Assembly (NCBI GenBank): GCA_038317095.1
Contig: JBBQBB010000010.1
Location: 20 to 64,019 of the forward strand
DNA length: 64,000 bases
From: Bacteroidia bacterium
Lineage (GTDB): Bacteria > Bacteroidota > Bacteroidia > NS11-12g > UBA955
Reading direction: 5' to 3'
Part shown: one piece after another, positions 8,100 through 17,031 of the stretch
Layout of the letters: every line of letters starts with the position of its first letter
Position numbering within the stretch: the stretch's first letter is position 1
The notes under the pieces: model-generated
The model's input: the letters and a program-made list of their open reading frames with translations, nothing else
What the model was told of the DNA's origin: nothing
Databases searched by the model: none
Position numbers and translations under genes: made by a program

Positions 8100-8500
8100 T
8101 TCAAATTCAATTTTTTCGAAGCCAAGTCATTCGCTTCATTGAGTGCTTTTTGTGCAGCCTTTCTTTTTGCCTCAGAAGCATCTCTAAAGCTTACAATCGC
8201 AGATTCAACTGCATCAAAAAATACTTTGGCATCTATATTAGCATCCATTTCATTCGAAAATTCTTCGTTCACCGTTTTCATTCGGCGTTCTAAAAAATTC
8301 GCATATTCTCCATAAGCTTTTTCATCAGGATTTCGTTTTAATAAATCTTGAAAATTGCGTATTGTATGGTTCATTCCACGCAATTCACTTAGGATAATAT
8401 TATCTGGAGATTTCACCTCTTGATTCGCCTCTGGTGAAACAGAAGTACAAGCATTTATTGTAACAACAAGCAAAAACAAACATATAATACGCAACTTCAT
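8096..8500 (-). CDS. Hypothetical lipoprotein
   Basis: The Met at 8500 gives the signal MKLRIICLFLLVVTINAC with a lipobox. Its stop overlaps the ric start by 4 nt. The mature part looks helical and charged, with no recognisable family. Confidence 0.55.
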   Translation of the reverse strand: MKLRIICLFLLVVTINACTSVSPEANQEVKSPDNIILSELRGMNHTIRNFQDLLKRNPDEKAYGEYANFLERRMKTVNEEFSNEMDANIDAKVFFDAVESAIVSFRDASEAKRKAAQKALNEANDLASKKLNLN

Positions 8501-8504
8501 CTTG

Positions 8505-9065
8505 TTAATTTTTAGGCACCAAAACTTTGTCAATCACATAAATTAAACCATTGCTAGCCTTAACAGATCCCACAATATGGGCATCTTCTACCATCCATTT
8601 TCCATCTGCACCTTTGTGCATAGTTAAATTGGTGCTTGCAGCAGTGCCAATTACTTGTCCATCGATGAACATATCTTCATTGTACACACCTATAGCTACA
8701 TGATTTTCCAATACATGGCGCAAATCTTTTTTCTTTTCCGGTTTTAACAAGCCATCCACCGTTCCCGCAGGCAAAGCTTCAAATGCGGCATTGGTGGGTG
8801 CAAAAACTGTAAAGGGTCCAGCATTGGCAAGCACATCCACATATTCTGCGGCTTTTACGGCAGCAACCAATGTACTGTGATCCTTCGACCCAACTGCCAC
8901 ATCTACAATGTCATTTGTAGATTCATTGTCTTTAACTCCAGATTGACCTGTACCCGCAGGTTGTCCCTCTATTGAGGCTTCGGCTTGGGTGTTTCCGCCA
9001 CATGCGGCAAATAGCAATGCACCAGAAAAGCATAGCATCCAAATTAAATTGTTCTTGTTCTTCAT
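8505..9065 (-). CDS. Fasciclin (FAS1) domain lipoprotein
   Basis: FAS1 motifs TVFAPTNAAF and NGLIYVIDKVLVP are present. A lipobox LFAAC follows the Met at 9065. Confidence 0.85.
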   Translation of the reverse strand: MKNKNNLIWMLCFSGALLFAACGGNTQAEASIEGQPAGTGQSGVKDNESTNDIVDVAVGSKDHSTLVAAVKAAEYVDVLANAGPFTVFAPTNAAFEALPAGTVDGLLKPEKKKDLRHVLENHVAIGVYNEDMFIDGQVIGTAASTNLTMHKGADGKWMVEDAHIVGSVKASNGLIYVIDKVLVPKN

Positions 9066-9152
9066 TGTTCTTTGAATTAATAGCACAAAAAAAGGACACA
9101 ATTAATTTATAAAAATTGACCCAAAACAATTTTGGTAAATTTAGAAGAATTC

Positions 9153-10340
9153 TTAACTCTTAAACGGATTGCTGTATTTCTTATCCGAAATAAAGGCATC
9201 GTCCGTCAGTGTTCTTAAAAAAGCAACAACGGCAGACTTCTCTATAGGAGAAAGGTTCATGCGCCTAGGCAAGCCTTTTTCTTTTAAATTTTCATCCAAA
9301 TTGGGATGTGATTTTATTCCACTGTTATAATGGTCTACAACTTCTTCTAGCGTTGCAAACCGACCATCGTGCATGTACGGTGCTGTTAATCCTATATTTC
9401 TTAAACTTGGAATGCGGAATTTGCCGTTGCCTTTGCCATTGTCTGCGTAACTAACATCCAGCCCAATATTGGCAGTACCTTTTACGGTTGGCTGCGAATA
9501 AGCTCCACCCGGTTGGTCTGGTGCACTGAAAGTTTTGCCCGCATGGCAACTTGCGCAATTTAACCTTGAACTAAAGAACAAGTCTTTACCCAATTTTTCC
9601 ATGGCTGTATAATTTGAAAAACCATTTTTCTCACCTTGGTCAAATTTTGAATTTAACGTTACCATACTATTCAAAAAGTCCGATACGGCTTTAGAAATTA
9701 ACTCACGGGAAACATTTTGGCTACCGTATGCAGCGTTGAATAATGACTTATAAAATGGCAATTGACCTATTTTTTGCATCAACATTGCATCAGACTCCAT
9801 TCCCATTTCAATATGGTTGAATACAGGGCGTAAGGATAAATCCAACGCAGAATTTGCCCTGCTATCCCAAAAAAGGCTGTTCATAGAAAGCGGGGTTATG
9901 ATAGCCATGCTGTTTCTGCCTGTTTTTTTATCTCCAAAACCCGCTGAAAATGCCAAACCATCGCTAAACGCTTGACTTTGATGGTGGCAACTACCGCATG
10001 CTACCGTGTTATTTATGCTTAAACGTTTGTCATAAAACAGCACCCTGCCTAAAGTTACGGTTTCATTTGACATGTCCTCGTTGCCTTTAAACTCACCCAA
10101 TTTGGGATCCGCGATAATCCCACCGTTGAAAAACAAATCCCCACTTTGCTTCATAAAGCTGGTTTTGATATCAAAAGTACCTTCAGGTGTTGTAAAGGTC
10201 ATGTAATCAAAAGCGGCTGCAGGTAGCACTGGTACAGCGTTGTAAATATTCTTTACTACTTCTATTTTTTTACACGCAGTGTAAAACAAAGTGCCCGTAG
10301 CAAGCATAAACAACGAGAACAAACTAATCTTGCGATTCAT
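9153..10340 (-). CDS. Di-haem cytochrome c peroxidase (CCP/MauG family) lipoprotein
   Basis: 395 aa with two CxxCH motifs (CGSCHH, CASCH) and the conserved PSLRNIGLTAPYMHDG segment. The signal peptide has a lipobox YTAC. Confidence 0.9.
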   Translation of the reverse strand: MNRKISLFSLFMLATGTLFYTACKKIEVVKNIYNAVPVLPAAAFDYMTFTTPEGTFDIKTSFMKQSGDLFFNGGIIADPKLGEFKGNEDMSNETVTLGRVLFYDKRLSINNTVACGSCHHQSQAFSDGLAFSAGFGDKKTGRNSMAIITPLSMNSLFWDSRANSALDLSLRPVFNHIEMGMESDAMLMQKIGQLPFYKSLFNAAYGSQNVSRELISKAVSDFLNSMVTLNSKFDQGEKNGFSNYTAMEKLGKDLFFSSRLNCASCHAGKTFSAPDQPGGAYSQPTVKGTANIGLDVSYADNGKGNGKFRIPSLRNIGLTAPYMHDGRFATLEEVVDHYNSGIKSHPNLDENLKEKGLPRRMNLSPIEKSAVVAFLRTLTDDAFISDKKYSNPFKS

Positions 10341-10436
10341 AGATTATTATTTTAGTTAGAGAGTATAATACAAATATACATATTAACTTGTTACAACACC
10401 CAAAAAGATTTGTCATTTTTTTATGTTGCGTGTTGT

Positions 10437-10991
10437 TTATTTACGAGAAATATTGAAATGGGCAGTAATATTCAATGGCGGTTGCAGAATAAACGATGCC
10501 GAACCTTGGTTTGTTAACAGCATCAATTGCAAGTTGGCCTCCGTGCTAAAACTTACTACCCTGCTTAGGGCATATTCTACACCCCAATGGCCGCCAAACC
10601 CAAAACCTGCGGTTCCATTAAGGTCGCTGCCCCCATTGGAATTTGTACCAAAAAAACTACGGATTACCATATCTACACCAGCAAAATACCACCAACGTGG
10701 AGATATAACTTTGCGGTGATCGTACCCAACCATAAATTGAAGAAATTGCAAATCCAATTGATCCGACAATCCAACACCATACGCGGTGCGGATGCCATTG
10801 TAACCAATATAATTTCTGCGGGTAATTCCAAAAACATTGGCATCCAATGCAATTCGATTTAAAGGCAGTACTTGAGACAACAACGGATTGGCATCAAAAC
10901 CAATATAGCGTCTGCGAAGGGTATCTTTACCTTGGGCCCGGACAGAGAATGCCAATAAGATGCAAAAAACGAAGATTATGAAGCTTCTCAT
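10437..10991 (-). CDS. Small outer-membrane beta-barrel-like protein (hypothetical)
   Basis: The Met at 10991 gives a signal peptide ending VRAQ. The sequence alternates hydrophobic and G/Y-rich stretches. It shares an FSTEANL / MFTEANF motif with the upstream neighbour. Confidence 0.5.
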   Translation of the reverse strand: MRSFIIFVFCILLAFSVRAQGKDTLRRRYIGFDANPLLSQVLPLNRIALDANVFGITRRNYIGYNGIRTAYGVGLSDQLDLQFLQFMVGYDHRKVISPRWWYFAGVDMVIRSFFGTNSNGGSDLNGTAGFGFGGHWGVEYALSRVVSFSTEANLQLMLLTNQGSASFILQPPLNITAHFNISRK

Positions 10992-10992
10992 A

Positions 10993-11652
10993 TTAAAAAG
11001 CAATGGATATGAACAATGAAGTGGGTATAACAGGTGTAAAAACTACTTTTCGGCTATCTTCCAAAATGGTTTTGCTAATTCCATCGTCCAAATACCGATA
11101 AGTGGTCGTGTATTGGGCATAAAAATTTGCTTCAGTAAACATAGATACCCTAGGGTTAATTTTCCAAACAAAACCGCAGAAAGGGCCTGCACCAATACCG
11201 TTGTCTTTAGAAGAAATAACCTGCACTGGCCCAATACCTGGATCTATAATTTCCACGCTTCCATTTCTTATTCCACCGCGTGCATCCAATCCGTAAAAAA
11301 ACATAAAGTGATTGTCAATGTGCCTGCGCCACTCATACCCTAATAAAGGTGAAAAATAAAAGTCTTTGGTTCGTCTTTCACCTGGAAATATTTGGGTGGT
11401 AATCGATGAATAGCTTTGGTTAAAGCCAAGTCTTATGGCATGTCGGTTGGTTTTGTTTCTCCATTTAACGGCCATTAAGTATGGGTCTTCGTTAATATTT
11501 CGAGCACCGTTTCCACTAAATCTGCTTATTGCGTTGGTAATATTCAATACAATCTCCCAACGCCTGACTTTTGACGTATCTTGGCCTATAACAATTTTAC
11601 CAGTGAATAAAAATAAAATTAAAGCACCGGTTTTTAACGCATTTTTACGCAT
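10993..11652 (-). CDS. Small outer-membrane beta-barrel-like protein (hypothetical), paralog of the downstream gene
   Basis: 219 aa with a signal peptide, a beta-strand-like pattern and a C-terminal Phe (SIAF), typical of outer-membrane proteins. Confidence 0.5.
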   Translation of the reverse strand: MRKNALKTGALILFLFTGKIVIGQDTSKVRRWEIVLNITNAISRFSGNGARNINEDPYLMAVKWRNKTNRHAIRLGFNQSYSSITTQIFPGERRTKDFYFSPLLGYEWRRHIDNHFMFFYGLDARGGIRNGSVEIIDPGIGPVQVISSKDNGIGAGPFCGFVWKINPRVSMFTEANFYAQYTTTYRYLDDGISKTILEDSRKVVFTPVIPTSLFISIAF

Positions 11653-11669
11653 ATAAATTATTCTAATAT

Positions 11670-12983
11670 TTATTCTTTATGGAATATCATTTCTACTTCT
11701 TCCACCATTGAGCCTTTGGCCTTGGTAATAATAAATTCAAAGGGTCCTTTGCGGACGGTTTCTTTTACATGCGGTATTTTCTCACAAATGTGAATCACAA
11801 AACCACCCAACGTTGTATAGTCTCCTTCTGGAATATTAAAATTATATTTTTCATTTAAATAATAAATTTCATGCCTAGAACTTAACAAAATATGGCCATT
11901 TTCAAATACCTTTTCGGTCAATTTATCTGTATCAAATTCATCATCTATTTCACCAAATATTTCTTCAATTACATCTTCAATGGTAACCAAGCCAGCGGTT
12001 CCACCAAACTCATCTACAACCAACGCAATGCTCCTATGTTTTTGTATAAAATCTCGCAATAGATCGTGCGCAAACATACTCTCATTGATTATCAATACGG
12101 GTTTCAGAATTTTGGTAATGGTTTGCGGCTTATCGAGCATATCACTCTGGTGCACAAAACCAATAATATGGTCTACATTGTCTCGGTAAACCAAAACTTT
12201 AGACAATCGGGTTTCAACAAAAAGCTTCACCAAATCATCAATGGATGTTTCAAGATCAATGGCAATCAATTCAGTTCTTGGAACCATAAAGTCGCGAACC
12301 TTTACTGCACTAAATTCAAGGGCATTTCTAAAAACTTCGGTATCCAAATCGTTCAGTTCAGATTGGCCGGTGTTCTCTAAGGAAATGATATAATTATCCA
12401 AATCTACTTTGGTAAAAACGGGTGTAGATTCTGTAATTTCTGTACGAGTAAACAATTTCAATAAAAATGCACTTGATTTTTTCACAAAATAAATTAATGG
12501 CCAGAGTAAGACATGAAACATTCTGAATGGAATTGCCAAGGAATGCAACACACTATCTGGGTTAATTCTAAAAAGCGACTTGGGTAAAAACTCACCTGTA
12601 ACCAATACCACAAAAGTGCTCACAATGGTAATTAAGAAGAATTTTAAAAAACTGGATTGGATGGCTGTCCCTATGCTAATATCCAAAATTTTACCCATAT
12701 AAATACCGTAGATAACTAGGGCTAGGTTATTTGCAACCAAAACTGTGCTAATGAAATCTGAAGGTGTTTTAAGGTACCTGCTAAGCAATCTTGCGGTGTA
12801 ATTGCCTTGTTTGCTGCGCAATTCTATACGCAATTTGTTGGCAGACAAAAATGCGATCTCGATGCCAGAAAAGAATGCACAAACCACTAGGCAGACAACA
12901 ACAACAAACCAATCGGATCCTAAAACGGCTCCTTGAGAGTCTGGCATTGAGGCTACAGTGAGTATCGAGAGGGGGTCTGTCAT
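11670..12983 (-). CDS. CNNM/DUF21 - CBS pair - CorC_HlyC domain membrane protein (hemolysin/CorC family, GldE-like)
   Basis: 437 aa. The N-terminal part has transmembrane helices, the middle looks like a CBS-pair region, and the C-terminus carries VIEEIFGEIDDEFD, typical of the CorC/HlyC transporter-associated domain. Confidence 0.8.
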   Translation of the reverse strand: MTDPLSILTVASMPDSQGAVLGSDWFVVVVCLVVCAFFSGIEIAFLSANKLRIELRSKQGNYTARLLSRYLKTPSDFISTVLVANNLALVIYGIYMGKILDISIGTAIQSSFLKFFLITIVSTFVVLVTGEFLPKSLFRINPDSVLHSLAIPFRMFHVLLWPLIYFVKKSSAFLLKLFTRTEITESTPVFTKVDLDNYIISLENTGQSELNDLDTEVFRNALEFSAVKVRDFMVPRTELIAIDLETSIDDLVKLFVETRLSKVLVYRDNVDHIIGFVHQSDMLDKPQTITKILKPVLIINESMFAHDLLRDFIQKHRSIALVVDEFGGTAGLVTIEDVIEEIFGEIDDEFDTDKLTEKVFENGHILLSSRHEIYYLNEKYNFNIPEGDYTTLGGFVIHICEKIPHVKETVRKGPFEFIITKAKGSMVEEVEMIFHKE

Positions 12984-13025
12984 GAATCTATTTCAAACAT
13001 ACAATAAAATTCTTAAGATACAAAA

Positions 13026-13229
13026 TCAATTGCGTCCTTGAACTTCCTTTTTCCGTTTGCCCCTTATCTTAAAATATAGATATAAGCAACCACCAAATAA
13101 GACAATCATCAAAATACCGAGTGGGGTAGACAATTCTTTATCTGGGCCAAAAAACCGAACCAAGACTTCTATTGCGCAAATGGCTGCTAAAACCAAACTA
13201 ATTAGCGCCATAATATGGTATTTTATCAT
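13026..13229 (-). CDS. Small two-helix membrane protein (hypothetical)
   Basis: 67 aa with two hydrophobic helices and a basic tail. Its start overlaps the upstream gene stop by 4 nt (ATGA), which suggests coupled translation. Confidence 0.45.
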   Translation of the reverse strand: MIKYHIMALISLVLAAICAIEVLVRFFGPDKELSTPLGILMIVLFGGCLYLYFKIRGKRKKEVQGRN

Positions 13230-13771
13230 TTTTTTTGCTCTTTATTTATAGTGCCACGCACATTTAAAATTTCCCAATCTGTGAATGATTGATCGCTATT
13301 CATACCATCGCCCCAAATGGTTTGTGTTTTGGTTTTTATAATCACAAATTTCTCACTTACTATGCGACCCGTATTTTGGTTCCATGTCATTTCTTCTGTA
13401 TTTAGCGTATCTCCTTTTACATTCAGCACTTCAACTTTTCGCTTTAGTACAATGGTTTTTTTGTTTGTATAACTAATTGCATATTCAGCAGTAAGATAGC
13501 TTTCTACTTTACCGTCTGCTGTAAAAAACTCAACATGAATCCCTTTTGGCATTTCGATATAAGGTTCTTTCACTTTTTTAACGCCCACCATCAATGGGGT
13601 TTTAATGGTTGCTTTGCGTAAACCAGAATCAGTATATTCTATGGTAACATTCTCTGCCGTTTCTTTAGTGGCAGCTGAATCATAATTTTTTCTTGACCTG
13701 TAAGTGTCTTTTTTTTGCCTAGAACAAGAAATAATAACGAGGAGTGAAAGAATACTTACAACGAGTTTCAT
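13226..13771 (-). CDS. Periplasmic lipoprotein, LptC-like (tentative)
   Basis: 181 aa with lipobox VIISC and a beta-rich mature part. The size and the context (coaX - OMP - this gene - CorC-like gene) resemble the conserved Bacteroidota lptC neighbourhood. The family call rests on recall and was not checked by alignment. Confidence 0.4.
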   Translation of the reverse strand: MKLVVSILSLLVIISCSRQKKDTYRSRKNYDSAATKETAENVTIEYTDSGLRKATIKTPLMVGVKKVKEPYIEMPKGIHVEFFTADGKVESYLTAEYAISYTNKKTIVLKRKVEVLNVKGDTLNTEEMTWNQNTGRIVSEKFVIIKTKTQTIWGDGMNSDQSFTDWEILNVRGTINKEQKK

Positions 13772-13773
13772 TG

Positions 13774-15138
13774 TTAATCAAATTTACGGCGTTGAAACCA
13801 TACATCGCCCAAGTTTAGCCCCACAGTAAATACTACGTACTCCTCATTTGCCAAGCCTGAAAGGTTTTTGCCACGCTGTAAATAATCCACTTGTACGTGA
13901 ATGATACTGCGAAGCACCCTACTGTCGAAATAACGTCGTGTAATGGGTATTCCAAATCCAATGTAGGCTCCTTTTTCTATAATGGCCACCTTTGTATTAT
14001 TGCTGGCAATTGCATTTTGAGTAACTGCATATTTTCCTCCAAAACGGATAGGAATACTTTGTCGCTTTTTGGCCGGATTTTTTTCATCTTCAGGGTTTAT
14101 GATAAATCCCAAACCGTAGTCTGTGCGATCAGTTAAACCAGCATTGGATTGAAAGAATGAAGCATAATTGCCCCACAATTGCTTGCGATAATCCAAGCCA
14201 ACGGCAAAACCTTTTCGGAACTGAAAATAATACCCAAAACCAAAACTTGCAGGCATTTTAAACGATTTGTAATTGCCGCTGGTACTCAAGATTGTATCGG
14301 CAAAATAATCTCCCAAATTTGTGGCTTCAAAAGTTCGTGTCAATCGTTCCGATTGAGCACGCATGCCGCTTTGCCATCTATAAGAAAATGAAAGTCGGTG
14401 GTAAGTGCTGTCAAAATTAAAACTATACATAGCACCTACTGTTTGTTGCCAACCTCTAATATTGATAACTTTTTCGTCTTCAATGCCCAAGTACTGCGAT
14501 GAATCTGGCACAACAAAACGCGATTTATCACTCATCTGGCCAAATAAATTCCCAACCGCATAGCCCAAGGCAAGGTGTTTTCCCAGCTTAAAACCGTTGC
14601 CAAATTCAATGGCATTTAAACCCCCTTTTCCTTCATGGGCAGTGGACGTTTTAAAAGGATTCGTTGCTTCGAAAGTATAATTGTACCCAATAGAAGTGGA
14701 TGGATAAAGGCTTAAATAACTATTCCAAAATAGTTTGGTAATTCGTTTTACGGATTTGCCATTCACCGAATCCTTTCTATATATGTCTTTATGCCAAGAT
14801 TGAAAACCCAATGCCAAGTAACTCAGTGAACCTCCCTGAAAAGTTTGTTTCTCTGAACCACTTTGCACATAGCCGTTTCTTTGAGAGAATCCAAAATCAA
14901 AAGTTGCATATTTTAAATTGCTAATGGTTGCTGGGTTTAACAAACTATAACTGTAAGCTCCAGAATAGGTTTGAGACAATGCTCCTGCTTGAACCAAGTT
15001 TTGGTTAAGAATTTCGCCCAAACCAAAATTGCTGTATGGCGACTTTGTTAAGTTTTGGCCCTTGTTCTGGCTAAACTGTGCTTGAATTGCAAATACCGGC
15101 AGCATTGCCAAAAAAAGAATATAAGTTTTAAAATTCAT
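13774..15138 (-). CDS. Outer-membrane beta-barrel protein (hypothetical porin-like)
   Basis: The Met at 15138 gives the signal MNFKTYILFLAMLPVFAIQAQ and a 4-nt ATGA overlap with the coaX stop. The sequence has a G/Y/F-rich alternating pattern throughout. Confidence 0.55.
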   Translation of the reverse strand: MNFKTYILFLAMLPVFAIQAQFSQNKGQNLTKSPYSNFGLGEILNQNLVQAGALSQTYSGAYSYSLLNPATISNLKYATFDFGFSQRNGYVQSGSEKQTFQGGSLSYLALGFQSWHKDIYRKDSVNGKSVKRITKLFWNSYLSLYPSTSIGYNYTFEATNPFKTSTAHEGKGGLNAIEFGNGFKLGKHLALGYAVGNLFGQMSDKSRFVVPDSSQYLGIEDEKVINIRGWQQTVGAMYSFNFDSTYHRLSFSYRWQSGMRAQSERLTRTFEATNLGDYFADTILSTSGNYKSFKMPASFGFGYYFQFRKGFAVGLDYRKQLWGNYASFFQSNAGLTDRTDYGLGFIINPEDEKNPAKKRQSIPIRFGGKYAVTQNAIASNNTKVAIIEKGAYIGFGIPITRRYFDSRVLRSIIHVQVDYLQRGKNLSGLANEEYVVFTVGLNLGDVWFQRRKFD

Positions 15139-15836
15139 TGGGTTAGGAGACAATATAAAAGACCATGGTGTAGTAACAGCGGTTCCGCAAATATCCGGCT
15201 TTTAAGCCTATTTGCCAAAAAATCCGTATCCCCACCCGTTAAAATCACATTTAAATTGGAAAAATGTTCGGTAAATTCCATTATTCTAAAGTTTACTTCA
15301 CCCAAATAACCCTGCTGAACGCCCACCAAAATAGATTCTTCGGTGCTTTGTCCGCTAATCTCATTCAATGTTCTGTGGTTCACTTCTGGCAACTTTCCAG
15401 TATAATGGTTCAAAGCTTTGTAACGCATTTTCAAACCTGGTGATATGGACCCACCAAAATAAATGCCATTTTCATGAAGGAAGTCAAATTTCAAACAAGT
15501 TCCTGCATCTATACACAATACATTCTTATGCGGATATAATTTTTTGGCCCCAGCAATGGCAGCAATTCTATCGCTGCCCAACGTTTCCGGCGTTTTGTAT
15601 TGCATCCCAAAGGGCAATTTAGAATGGCCAGTAATATTTAAAATCGTTCCTAAAAAAGACCTCCACCTTGGCAAATCTATTCCCCTTACATTGCTTACAG
15701 CAATTGCATCCACACCAGAAAGTAAACCTTCTATCTCCCATATTTCAAGTACAAAACCAGCCTTAAGGGGCAAGCCAGATTCGTCCCAATATTGGTATTT
15801 AATGCGGGTATTTCCTATGTCTATGGTAAGATACAA
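15135..15836 (-). CDS. coaX: Type III pantothenate kinase
   Basis: 233 aa. The N-terminal MYLTIDIGNTRIK phosphate-binding motif and later GSDR and GGDT-like motifs fit the ASKHA-fold CoaX family. Confidence 0.9.
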   Translation of the reverse strand: MYLTIDIGNTRIKYQYWDESGLPLKAGFVLEIWEIEGLLSGVDAIAVSNVRGIDLPRWRSFLGTILNITGHSKLPFGMQYKTPETLGSDRIAAIAGAKKLYPHKNVLCIDAGTCLKFDFLHENGIYFGGSISPGLKMRYKALNHYTGKLPEVNHRTLNEISGQSTEESILVGVQQGYLGEVNFRIMEFTEHFSNLNVILTGGDTDFLANRLKSRIFAEPLLLHHGLLYCLLTQ

Positions 15837-15895
15837 TGTGGGTATTACGGTGATTCTGGCGCAAAGTTACAGCGATTTAAAATCAATCCACCATC

Positions 15896-16456
15896 CTATT
15901 TTTTCGAATGGAATAAATATTCCTCCGCTTCTGGCCCCATATTAAACAACAAATCCAAAGCACTAACATCGCCTCGAAAACCCCACTTATCATCAAATAC
16001 TTGAGGATATGTCGGCACTTCTACCAAAGGCAATTCTATACAAAAATCTTGGGTAAAAATCAATGGGATTTCTGGACATAAATATGCATGCAAGGCCTTT
16101 ATACTGGCTACGGAGATTGAGGAAAGAAGTATTTCTTCTGAGGAAATAATTGGCAGTATTTTATAATCGTAAAATTCAAAAAACGGGGCTTTCCCATACA
16201 CAGTTTTTAATGCACTTAGATGCAATCTGGACCAATTTTCTTCATAAGCTATTTGGGATTCTGTAAATATTTTTCTTATACCCGTATGCACAATTGGCAC
16301 TGTTAAATTTTGCAAATTATTCGGCCCAGCAATTGTATATCGATTTCGCTGGGTTTGCTTTTCATAATTGCCACCCAAGCCAACTCTAAATTCATTCGAT
16401 TTCACGCCAGCTATAAACCAAGATACCGATGGAAAAATATAAGGTGGAAGTAACAT
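15896..16456 (-). CDS. WbqC family protein
   Basis: 186 aa. The N-terminal PPYIFPSVSWF, the segment QRNRYTIAGPNNLQNLTVPI and NWSRLHLSALKTVYGKAPFFEFY resemble conserved WbqC-like blocks. This is from recall, not alignment. Confidence 0.55.
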   Translation of the reverse strand: MLLPPYIFPSVSWFIAGVKSNEFRVGLGGNYEKQTQRNRYTIAGPNNLQNLTVPIVHTGIRKIFTESQIAYEENWSRLHLSALKTVYGKAPFFEFYDYKILPIISSEEILLSSISVASIKALHAYLCPEIPLIFTQDFCIELPLVEVPTYPQVFDDKWGFRGDVSALDLLFNMGPEAEEYLFHSKK

Positions 16457-16477
16457 TATAGGCTATTTATACAAAGT

Positions 16478-16972
16478 TTATGAATGCTTTTTCACTTCTA
16501 GAGGATCTTGGCAATTCTTAAGTATCTCAGAAACTTCTTTCTTTAATATTGGATGTATCAGCCCAGGCGCAATTTCAGAAAGCGGAACGAGAACAAATTT
16601 TCTCAAATGCAATTGCGGGTGTGGAAGCACCAAATCGGGTTTCTGCAAAACTTGATTGTCGTAAAAAAGTATATCTATATCTATGGTTCTGGGGCCCCAC
16701 TTTAACTCGCGTTTCCTTCCAAGTGACTTTTCCACACATAAAATTTTTTGCATCAATTGCAAGGGCGAAAACGGAGTTCTTATTTTTATGACTTGGTTCA
16801 AAAAGGCTTGCTGGTCTGTATTGCCCCATGCCGCAGTTTCGTAAATTGACGAATATGCTCCCACTTCTCCAAGGCGTTTGTCGCAGAGCCAAAGCGCTTC
16901 CTGTAAATTGGCAAAACGATTCCCAACATTGCTCCCTGTTCCCAAATACACTGTTTTCCACAACTCTGCCAT
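16478..16972 (-). CDS. folK: 2-amino-4-hydroxy-6-hydroxymethyldihydropteridine diphosphokinase
   Basis: Motifs VYLGTGSNVGN, YETAAWG, GPRTIDIDILFYD and LVLPHPQLHLRKFVLVPL are present. The Met at 16972 matches the usual N-terminus. Confidence 0.9.
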   Translation of the reverse strand: MAELWKTVYLGTGSNVGNRFANLQEALWLCDKRLGEVGAYSSIYETAAWGNTDQQAFLNQVIKIRTPFSPLQLMQKILCVEKSLGRKRELKWGPRTIDIDILFYDNQVLQKPDLVLPHPQLHLRKFVLVPLSEIAPGLIHPILKKEVSEILKNCQDPLEVKKHS

Positions 16973-17031
16973 GGCGCAAAAATAATTCAGTAATGCAGAT
17001 TTCCTAAATTCCATACTAAATTGAGCAATGT

